Made by a program: the position numbers and the translations under genes | Assembly (NCBI RefSeq): GCF_006345805.1 | Contig: NC_043001.1 | Coordinates: 67,766,001-67,830,000 of the forward strand | Length of the DNA: 64,000 nucleotides | From: Octopus sinensis | Taxonomy: Eukaryota | Direction: 5' to 3' | The notes under the pieces: generated by a model | The model's database searches: none | Told to the model about the DNA's origin: nothing | The model's input: only the letters and a program-made list of their open reading frames with translations | In this document: piece after piece, positions 30,186-41,196 of the stretch | How positions within the stretch are numbered: the stretch's first letter is position 1 | How the letters are laid out: every line of letters starts with the position of its first letter

Positions 30186-32455
30186 TTTTTTTACTATAGA
30201 TAAATGAAAGAATGGAGTCGAACGGCGATTTAACAAAATTCCTTTATTCTCGACATATGTTTCGAAGACTGCATATTCCTAATTCCGAAGGAATAAAGGG
30301 TGCATTATGCCGTCTTCTCATCAGGAAAGACAAGGAACCTATGTCAGCATCATGATGAACAAAAACTTTTAGATGACTGCCCACACGGAGTCCATAGTGA
30401 TAATGAGTGTTTCTTTAAAATAGTCCGTTATAAGCAGTGACGTCAAAATTGGTGAGATGGATAAGATTCTCAAAAGTTCAAGAGTTCAAAAATGGTTGGA
30501 AGGGGAAAGATCTAAGAATAGGGGTGTGACAGAATGCAAGTCGTATGTATGGTGATGCGTTGTTGTTTGCTTCTGCCAATGAGATTGAGTGCCTATGTGT
30601 GTGTATGTATATAACTGCATTTGTGTCTATGTGTGTGCATGATTGTTTGTGTGGGGGGATGAATGCCAAATACATCTAGTGGTGAAGCGACAGGTTTGTG
30701 TCTGTGACTTTGATTGTGCTTATGATAGAGAGAGGGAGAGGTAGAGAGACAAAGGTAGGACATACCCCAACGAATTTGGTAGTAGGCCTTCAAGTAACGT
30801 AGTATAAAAAAATTGTCTATGGTGTTGTTGTAGATGTGGAACCAAATTATTAAATTCAAGGAGCTTATCTATATTAATCATCATTCATATGAGTGGAAGG
30901 CGTGTTTCTTCCAGTGCATGCATCTATAGGATTTTTCTACCATTGTGTTTACAAAAGGGAATTTGGCGAAAAGTATATAGAAAAGCTCAGAATTACAGAC
31001 GGCACAATATTTTCTGCCCTTATCAAAAGGAAAGGATACAGACAATATGGACCATTCCAGCTTGAAAGTTATATTGCTGTCCTTAAGACGCCAAACTAAT
31101 TTACTTAGTCCAGTACTTTCTTGTTTCCTCTTATCTCGGAAAGTTGAATAATGATTGAAAATCCTCTGGGATAATTTAGAAGTAGTAGCTCCAACATAGA
31201 AGAAGACATCGGTACCGGAAGAAACCCTACACTGGTAAATGGAATTTCTAATTTTGGAATTACTGGACAAGAACTTTAATCTGTTAGGGTTTACCTCCGA
31301 GACTAAGACGGAGTTTTTATTATGATTGCTGTTAATATAACTGCTAGCACTGACCACTATACTATTTCTATTATTGTTACTATTATTAATTGTACTATCG
31401 CCTGTAATATCCCTGACTATAGAAATGCTGCCGTTGTTATCATCAATACTACCACTGTTATTAGAAATGCTGTCGTTGTTACCACTAACACTACTACTGT
31501 TAATAATCCGACTAATATTATTATTAATATTACCACTGTAAATGCCAACGCTGTTGCTATTATCAATACTATTTCTATTATTATTATTGTGTGTTTGGTT
31601 GGAATTGGTAAGAATAGTGTTGTAACTCCTGGGTGAAGAATCCTTGTTTAGCAGCTTGTTATTATGGGAGGCAATAATTTGCGATAGATTTCTAGTGTTG
31701 GAGAATGCAATCCTTACCTTATGCGAATTGATAGTAGAGTAATGCCTAGAATTCCTGGGAAAGTTCCTAGTTACGGCTTCACGGAACTGCAAAGGAAGGT
31801 TTGACTTGATTTGTTTTCCGAAAGGTATGACAAACCAGATATAGTTTTTAGTGGACTTAGAATTGTTCAAAGTGTTACCAGTTACATTAAAGGGAATATT
31901 TCTGTGCTGGAAAATTGGGGTTGGTTGCCGATTGCCTCCCCTGGTCCGTATATTATTTTTCTTAAGTATAGTGGTGCCGACGTTGTTAGAGCTGAAATCA
32001 TTATTCTCACTATTTCTATTGTTATTAGTTTTCTTATCCTGAGAAGTATATATAGGTTTAGAATGGGCCGGGTCGTTATATGATACTTTATCTCTATAAC
32101 CGGCTTTTGACAAGGCGGCGTTATAAAATTCCGCTTTCTGGTTAAAGATGTCGACATTAGCAGACAATTTTGACAGTCTTAAGGAAATATTTTAAACTAA
32201 ATTATCGGTAACAGTTTTGGCATGGTTACTGAAAACGCTGATATATTTAAGATTAGTAGAAGGCTTATGATAAGGGAAGTATGAATTATTCTGAAGATTT
32301 AGGGTAACATCTAAGAAGTTGGCTTTAGTTAATTCGTCGTCAAAAACTATGCTCAAACCCATTCTGCTAAAAAATCTAGCTAATCTGTTCTTAATCTTCT
32401 GTATCCTATTGTTCGGAGCATTCTGGAGGTAAAGTAGACAATCGTCTCGACATAT
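30186..32455 (-). mobile_element. Penelope-like retroelement (Neptune-type), 5'-truncated: RT C-terminal half, linker, GIY-YIG endonuclease, 3' UTR/pLTR with hammerhead
   Basis: The frame runs from 32455 (ICRDDCL...NFLDVTLNL...YHKP...SNH) through one in-frame TAA at 32194-32192 into ORF 32167-30881. That ORF contains IWFVIPF, IIASHNNKLL, IYQCRV...YVGATT...RIFNH...F (GIY-YIG), CAVC..E and RCMH. Downstream are the hammerhead, AATAAA (30248-30243) and an A-run at 30192-30186. Confidence 0.9.
30239..30337 (-). ncRNA. Type I hammerhead ribozyme (minimal stem III, Penelope pLTR type)
   Basis: Minus strand reads TTCCTT-GTC-TTTC-CTGATGA-GAAGAC...GTCTTC-GAAA-C-ATAT-G-TC|GAGA-ATA-AAGGAA. Core CUGAUGA is at 30324-30318 and GAAA at 30263-30260. 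Stem II is GAAGAC/GTCTTC extended by GCATA/TATGC. Stem III is the palindrome ACATATGT. The GUC cleavage triplet is at 30254-30252. Stem I is 4 bp, a 3x3 internal loop, then 6 bp. Confidence 0.88.
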
Positions 32456-33617
32456 CTATAACTGGTTGAAGTCCTTTATTTTCGGCCGAAAAGAGGTTGT
32501 CACAGTTGTAGGACAGCACTCTTCACTCTATAAGATGACGTCTGGTGTACCACAGGGATCTGTTCTTGGCCCCATTTTATTTGTTGCATATGTTAATGAC
32601 ATAGATGCCAACTTAAAGAATGCCACAGTGCTGAAATATGCAGATGACATCAAGCTGTACCTCGAAATAAAGAGGTCAGATCCTGTACACTATAGATCTC
32701 TATTGCAAGCAGACCTGGACACAATGCAGCAATGGATCATGGACTGGCAACTCAAGCTGGCTGTGGACAAATGTACCACCATGCATTTTGGGAGGAAAAA
32801 CCCAGCGTCCACCTATTCCTTCCACAACACTAATCTCAAAAAGTCTTCGTGTGAACGTGACCTGTTTACAAAAGGGAATTTGGGTGTTATTGTCGACAGT
32901 GATTTGCGTTGGACAAAACACATCGCTAAAATTGTCTAGAAGGCTGAGGGTGTCGTGGCATCACTCACCAAATCCTTTGTGAGCCGCTCTCCGACTAACT
33001 ATCTGCGGCTTTATATAGCTATAGTAAGACCTCACCTGGAATTTGCATCACCGGTCTGGAACCCCTTCTTGCCCAGGATATCAATCGTCTGGAAGCCGTT
33101 CAGCGATGTGCAACCAACAGAATACCCTCCATCAGGCATTTGCCATATTCTGAACGCCTTACTTCCCTGGGCATGGACACATTGAAACTCCGACGTCTGG
33201 CAGCTGACTTGGCAGACACCCATAAAATTATCAACCATCTTACGAACAATAACTCTGAGCACCTTTTCAAACTCCACCCGTCTAACACCCGTGGACATAT
33301 TTACAAAGTCAGAAAGCAGCACAGCTCCCATGACTTTAGGAAACATTTTTTCACGCTAAGAGTTGCTGAAGCATGGGACAAATTGCCGGCATCGGTTGTT
33401 AGTTGTCGGAGCACTGCATCCTTCAAAACTTCCATGCTTCCTGAGATTCGCCAACACTACACCTGATTTTCTCCACTCCATACACACACAAGCATGTATT
33501 TGACTCATACATTTTCCAGACATTTGTACATTACTGCATACACTTTATACGCACTTTCTGACAAATTGTGGTGCACCTGAGCACTGTATACAATAATTTA
33601 ATTATTATTATTATTAT
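32456..33617 (+). mobile_element. CR1-group LINE, 5'-truncated RT and 3' end with (ATT)n tail
   Basis: SGVPQGSVLGPILF, KYADDIKLY, DKC..MHFG, RPHLEFASPVWNP, LRRLAADL, RKHFFTLRVAEAWDKLP. Contains one stop and frameshifts. Ends in an attattattatt tail near 33600. Confidence 0.92.
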
Positions 33618-33852
33618 CATTTTTATACATACATACATACATACATACATACATACTACATACATACATACATACATACATACATACATACATCGTCAAA
33701 TCAACTAAACGAGCAATAAAATTAACAATAGCCAACAACAAAAGGACGTGCACTAGGAATGTATTAGTTTGACGATCAGTAAAAGTGAGAGATTTTGATG
33801 TTTCGAGTATAACTCATCGTCGGAAAAGAAGGAAAAGAAATCACCAATAGTA

Positions 33853-33884
<32 letters not shown>

Positions 33885-34059
33885 CACGCGCGCGGAGTCT
33901 TTGTTCCTGTGTTTGTTCCCCACCGCCACTTAATGACCGCTGTTGGTGTGTTAGTGGTTTGGCAAAAAAGACCGATAGAATAAGTACCAGGGGTCGAGTT
34001 GTGCAACTAAAATTCTTTAAGGCGGTGTCCCTGTATGGCTGTAGATTTAAGTAAAAGAT

Positions 34060-34130
<71 letters not shown>

Positions 34131-34330
34131 TACAAACAACTGAAATTTTATGCGTGGCCATAAAAGTTCTCTAATCTTTTTGTGTGCCTAGAGTCAAAGT
34201 GAGACAACAGCTGTGTCAGTGATGCTTATTGGGGCAGGAAAGAACAGGTGGCAACATCTGTCCTCTTGTCTCCAAATTAAAGAAATTCTGTGACTTAATT
34301 GAAAATTTCTGTTATTTTATCAACATACCA

Positions 34331-35019
34331 TGGCAGTCAAATGTTACTGTAATTTAGCCCCAGGAAACATCGTCTCCAGCTGGCTATACGACACAATATC
34401 TGTGTCCTTATATTTTTGACCAAGAGAGTTTAGCATCCACACTCAGCATATCTGTGTATCGCGATTTCTGGGTTATTTCTGTTCATCGACACAGAACAAC
34501 TGTTCGGCCAGAGGTGGCGCTGCTAAACTCTTGTTCGAAATATATAGTTTTCATAGTGGCACGCAGTCACTGATCTAATGAGATAGAAAATTTCTATTTG
34601 TAAATCTCTCAACGAGAGATATTGTCGTATAGCCAGCTAGAGACGATGTTTCCTAGGCTAAATACCAGTAACATTCGACTGCCACGTTATGTTGGCAAAT
34701 AATCTTTACTCTAGAGTACTGTTACTGAATATCTTTCATTGAGAAATTTACAAATAGACATTTTCTATTTTATTAGATCAGTGACTGCGTGTCACCTTGA
34801 AAACATTATATTTCGAACAAGAATTTAGCACCGCCACCTCTAAACAAACGTGCTGATAAAGGGAAACAACTCAGAAATCGCGATACACAGATATTGTTTT
34901 GTACTGAGTGGGGATGCTAAACCCCATTGGTCAAAAATATAAGGACATATATATTGTGTCGTATAGCCAGCTAGAGACGAAGTTTCCAGGGGTTAAATAA
35001 TAGTAACATTCGACTGCCA
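34331..35019. mobile_element. MITE-like foldback structure (about 690-bp imperfect palindrome with a third terminal-repeat copy inside)
   Basis: The left arm 34331-34612 is the reverse complement of 34739-35019. An extra inverted copy of the ~66-bp terminus (…atacgaca…/…cgactgcca) lies at 34619-34684. No clear TSD. Confidence 0.75.
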
Positions 35020-35488
35020 GTTCAGGGAAATCTTTGATCCTGGAGATTATCTCTTTTTATTTAGAGTTAGTCACAACTACTACAAGGCGTTTGTCTACTT
35101 TTTGTCGAAGTGAAATTGAATTTGAATAAACGAAGTTCACAACTTGTACAATATCTAATACATCTTTGTCTTATATTATCCGTATCCATGTCACTGGCAC
35201 TCTGAGTCTTTACCCTTAGGTCAGTTTTGTTACACACACACACACCACACACACACACACAACACACACACACACACACACAAACACATACAAACAACTG
35301 AAATTTTATGCGTGGCCATAAAAGTTCTCTAATCTTTTTGTGTGCCTAGAGTCAAAGTGAGACAACAGCTGTGTCAGTGATGCTTATTGGGGCAGGAAAG
35401 AACAGGTGGCAACATCTGTCCTCTTGTCTCCAAATTAAAGAAATTCTGTGACTTAATTGAAAATTTCTGTTATTTTATCAACATACCA

Positions 35489-36176
35489 TGGCAGTCAAAT
35501 GTTACTGTAATTTAGCCCCAGGAAACATCGTCTCCAGCTGGCTATACGACACAATATCTGTGTCCTTATATTTTTGACCAAGAGAGTTTAGCATCCACAC
35601 TCAGCATATCTGTGTATCGCGATTTCTGGGTTATTTCTGTTCATCGACACAGAACAACTGTTCGGCCAGAGGTGGCGCTGCTAAACTCTTGTTTGAAATA
35701 TATAGTTTTCATAGTGGCACGCAGTCACTGATCTAATGAGATAGAAAATTTCTATTTGTAAATCTCTCAACGAGAGATATTGTCGTATAGCCAGCTAGAG
35801 ACGATGTTTCCTAGGCTAAATACCAGTAACATTCGACTGCCACGTTATGTTGGCAAATAATCTTTACTCTAGAGTACTGTTACTGAATATCTTTCATTGA
35901 GAAATTTACAAATAGACATTTTCTATTTTATTAGATCAGTGACTGCGTGTCACCTTGAAAACATTATATTTCGAACAAGAATTTAGCACCGCCACCTCTA
36001 AACAAACGTGCTGATAAAGGGAAACAACTCAGAAATCGCGATACACAGATATTGTTTTGTACTGAGTGGGGATGCTAAACCCCATTGGTCAAAAATATAA
36101 GGACATATATATTGTGTCGTATAGCCAGCTAGAGACGAAGTTTCCAGGGGTTAATAATAGTAACATTCGACTGCCA
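35489..36176. mobile_element. Second copy of the MITE-like foldback structure (within the tandem duplication)
   Basis: Near-identical to 34331-35019, offset 1158 bp. Confidence 0.75.
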
Positions 36177-36387
36177 GTTCAGGGAAATCTTTGATCCTGG
36201 AGATTATCTCTTTTTATTTAGAGTTAGTCACAACTACTACAAGGCGTTTGTCTACTTTTTGTCGAAGTGAAATTGAATTTGAATAAACGAAGTTCACAAC
36301 TTGTACAATATCTAATACATCTTTGTCTTATATTATCCGTATCCATGTCACTGGGCACTCTGAGTCTTTACCCTTAGGTCAGTTTTG

Positions 36388-36443
<56 letters not shown>

Positions 36444-36444
36444 G

Positions 36445-36479
<35 letters not shown>

Positions 36480-36509
36480 GCACGCAGGCACGCGCGCACA
36501 CACAACACA

Positions 36510-36551
<42 letters not shown>

Positions 36552-38081
36552 CGGACTTCTTTTAGTTTTCGTCAACCAAATCCACGCACAAGGCTTTGGT
36601 CGGCCCGGAGCTATAGGAGAAGGCACTTGCCAAAAATGCTGCACATTGGGACTGAACCCGGAACCATCTGGTTGGGAAATAAACTTCTTACACACAGTTC
36701 ATACACACACACACATTATATATATATACGTTTCATATTCACCTCACAATGACAATCTGACAACGCTAATCTATAATTGATGAGTAACAATTATTTCTAA
36801 ACCTATAACTAACGTCACCTAGGAACAAAAATGATCTATTAACCTGCATAACTAAATGAAAACAAGAAAGCAAGCTAACGTACACTAACAACAGAAGTAT
36901 AACGATCGAACAAATTCCAGCTTAACACAACTGCGGACTTCTCTCATCAGCTGCCTAACGGATATCATGGTGATTTCGACATATCTACCTACCAACATGC
37001 AAACAAGTTGATAGTTCACCCTTCAATTTGACGGTGATGTAGATACACTAGCATGCAGATTGTGTTTTTATAATGTGAAAAAAAAAAATTACTCAACGGC
37101 AACATAAAAGCATGACATCTGAGTTGTAGAAGAGTAGAGGAGACCACTAAAATAGCTGAAGGACTTTTCAAACCTCGCAATATCATATGTTTGCAACGTA
37201 TAACTTAGTATGACATTCTGTGTGATTTAAATCCTGCGACCAAAATGGTAACCCATCCGAGCTTGCATGGTGAAGACGTCTTACTGGTTGAAAAACAAGT
37301 GTATGTCAGTGTGTATGTGTGTGTGTGTGCGTAAACACGAGCATATGTGCATGTGTGTATAAGTGCGTACGCATGTGAGTACGCGCACGCGCGTGCGTGT
37401 GTGTGTGTGTGTGTGAGTGGTTAGTGGTTTGCTCGCATTTCCTTGAAATGTGCTATGGAAGAAATGAATAACCTTCATCTCAACAACTACGGCGTTCGTA
37501 ACAGCAGGCCACTGGGGCAACAAGTGTAAGTGGAAGCACACACAACATCACATGCCACACCCCATATGCATATATCGCATATATGTAATGTAAGACTTGT
37601 AAAATATAGTAAAAAATATTATTTTGGGTGATTCAAATGTTTTCTGATATACAATTCAATATGTTAAGTAAAGTGGTAGCTGTGTTTATTGTATCAAATA
37701 TTTGCAGTGTATTCAGAGTTTCGGCCCAAGCTGATCTGTTCACGACTGGGTATGTGTACTCGTACACGCGTACACATACATATATGCACATATGAGTGTC
37801 TATCTGTACAGACACTCACACATGTATGTACACATACACACGTACACACACACATACACTCACACATAAAACAAAGAGATGGCAGCGGAAAAACCAAATG
37901 TTATGCAATCATCTTCATTAGCTGTTTCTGCAATAAGATGTAGTGGACTCTCAGTTGGGTACCAGGATAACATCCTGTAGCTTTCTGTCTCGTTATGCCT
38001 AAGCGAGATATTAATATACATATATATATTACATATATATGTATATAGGTAAAAACTTAAAGAGTGTGTGCGTTATGTGTT

Positions 38082-38144
<63 letters not shown>

Positions 38145-41119
38145 CCGTGATGGTATGATCAACAGAAAAAGTGCTTCAATTTTAGTTTTTTATGGCATGT
38201 GGATAGTGTCTGATGATTGTACTGTTGCATGTTCTCAGCACATGAAACTAATAGTAGCACATAAACACACACACACACACACACACACACAATATATATA
38301 TATATAATATATATATATATATATTATATATATATATAATATATATATGCACATATTACACCTATTTCTTTTCTGAGATTTCTTTGTATGTCTTCCCACA
38401 AACGAGTTAGTTTGAAATTCAGAAACTGCTCCGTTGTGGCAATTTAGATGCTTACCATAACTAGTGGAAGACACATATACACTCACATATACACTCATAC
38501 TTATACAACGGGCTTCCACACAGTTTCCGTATACTAAATTCATTTACAAAGCACTTGCCTGCCTGGAGTTACAGTAGAAGACATCCAAGATTCCGTGCAA
38601 GGGGACTGAACCCGAGACGACTTGGTTGTAATGCAAGCTTCTTAATCACACAGCCATTTTTTTTTTTTACTCTATCTATAACAATTTTTCGAATTATTCA
38701 TTGTCTTGCAACATTAATCCATTAATCCCTTTACCTACTTCCCATCAATCTGATCTCGTCGCAATTGTCATGGAAGAGAAAATAGTTAAAACAGCTTCTA
38801 CATAATGTTTGAAACGATACAGCGGTCTAATTGTCTGCCAAAGGAGTGTTTAATTCTTGCGTGACATGTCAATTAGTTAACGTGTAGTTTCGGGATTTAA
38901 AAGAAATGAAAGTAAATTGACCGGAAGTGATGACCCTAAAATTTCATGTAAACAATCTATTTAGCGCACGCAATGCAACACCGTTCTTGTCAGTTTCAAG
39001 TCGCAGTTTCGAGGAACGAAATTCTTGATGCTATAATACAAATCTTTAATTGAAGTTAACGGTCTTTGTGTGTTTCTGAATGGTTAACTTGTGTTTTCCA
39101 CGCTGCAGTCGCTTTCGTTTCAGATCAAAATACTAGCTATGCAATTACATTTCTGTAAATCTCTGTAACATAACAAATGTATTGGACTTACACATATTTC
39201 ATATAACAAGAAAACCGTACATATATATTTTATGAGATGTAAACAATCACTTTGATGTAACATAAAGTACGTTGGAACGGTGTACCTCAGTTGCTATTTC
39301 TGAACTACTTAAGATATCACAAGAAGGTACAACATAAGAAGGTGCCTCTAGATGCAACATAATGAAGGAGCCCTTTTAATAAAATTATTGAATTCACCAG
39401 GTCTCTTTATATTCTCTTTATGAAGTTATAGGATATCATGGTCTTCCTATCCAGTCAGTATAATATATTTTTCAAACCCCTTAACTGCACGTTAAACCCT
39501 TAATTTAGCCTGGTATTCTTTAATTCTTTCAAAATCTTCAAATTAGTGATGGTTATTGAATGGCGATGGTATACCTCTGACAGAAATGTTAGCAGTGGAC
39601 ATGAGATGGACTGAAAAGTACTACACTATATCGTTATAAGAAGCTCACTAAACTTGACAGAAGAATTCGAAAGTTTAATATATTAATTTCACAAGACTTT
39701 AAACCTCAAATGAGACAGCACTTTACATGTATAACTCATAAAATACAACGCAATTCACCATTACATTGCTTATCTTTTTACCACTTGCTTGGAATGTGGC
39801 CATGCTCGAACACCTCCTTGAAGGGCTTTAGTCGAACGGATCGACTTTAGTACTTCCGCTTTATAAAGCCTGGTTATTCTGTTATTCCATTTGCCGAACA
39901 CACACACACACACATACATACATACATATAAATGGCGGTGCCCCTGCATGGGGCCAGCTTTGGGCTGGAAGATATAAAGGAATAAAAGAACACACACGCA
40001 ACGTGCATGCGGTTACAAAGCTAGCTGCCTGCATCTTTTCATTAAGTATTTATCGAAGACAATATGGTGTAGACGCGATAATATTCTCCACTTAACAGGA
40101 TTAACAAAAAACATTTTGTCATACAGTGACTGAAAAGATTCGATGCCCCCCGCCCTATAGACAGTCGTCAGTAGTTTACCAAAATTAACTTCTTGTTTAG
40201 TCCTATATCAGCTCAGTGTCTCTACATTCCCTCTTATACAGTATGTATTTAATTCAAACCCCAAAATGCAGGGTGATTGACACTATGACTGACGATTCAT
40301 TACCGTTGAAACTTCGAATTTATAGTGACGTTGCATTCCCTTGAAAGAAATATTTAGACGCTGTACATTGGGTCCTTTATTAGTTCATGTCACCAGGTGT
40401 TTCTGAGGCTTTTGATAAACGCACACACCAAGTGCGCGCGCGCGTGCTTGTGTGTGTGTGTGTGTGTGCGTGTATGTATGTATATATATATATATATATA
40501 TATATACATACATATATTATTTGCTTCAGTCATTTGACTGCTGCCATGCTGGAGCACCGCCTTTAGTCGAGCAAATCGACCTCAGGACTTATTCTTTGTA
40601 AGCCTAGTACTTATTCTATCGGTTTCTTTTACCGAACCGGTAGATTACGGGGACGTAAACACGCCAGCATCGATTGTTAAGCGATGTTGTGTGTGTGCGT
40701 GTGTGGGGGCAATTTTTTTCCAGAATGAGATAAAAAAACCAAGGTTGTGAAGATTTTAGAACATTTATAAATATTTATTATATCCCTTCATCGAAGACGG
40801 TTTGAGAAGATGGTTAAGCAATAGTTAATTTAGATAAGATACGAAATAGAGAGTGAAGTGGAGGAATGAAAATATCCCTGCATATCTCATATCTATTTTC
40901 ATTCCACCAAAATTTCAGGCCTTGTGCCTTTTGTAGAAAGGTTTATCATAAACTTTTTCAAGTTTCACTTGAAAAGGAAAGTGACACCTGTGTAGGTTTT
41001 TCTACTACTAGCTTTAAAGCGCCTCACCTATTGAGAGTTTTATTTAAATTTGTTTGTTATTTTACTTACACGTTTTAAAACCCTTTTTTGTATCGTCCTG
41101 TTCTGCCATTTCAGGACTT

Positions 41120-41196
<77 letters not shown>

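Larger units (their letters stand above)
34062..36550. repeat. 1158-bp tandem duplication bounded by three (CA)n tracts
   Basis: tgaaattttatgcg occurs at 34141 and 35299, and tcagttttgtta at 35221 and 36379. I saw about three differences between the units. Confidence 0.92.

Noticed and set aside
30893-32157. Plus-strand and alternative-frame ORFs overlapping the Penelope ORF
   Set aside because: Shadow frames of the N/S-rich coding sequence, with no independent motifs.
34508-34522. CTCF-like CCAGAGGTGGCGCTG in the MITE arms
   Set aside because: Only the 3' half fits the consensus (spacing is off by one base). Too weak to call without a PWM scan or ChIP data.
36944-36950. CTGATGA on the minus strand (possible second hammerhead)
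   Set aside because: No stem II closed by GAAA and no stem III/NUH downstream.
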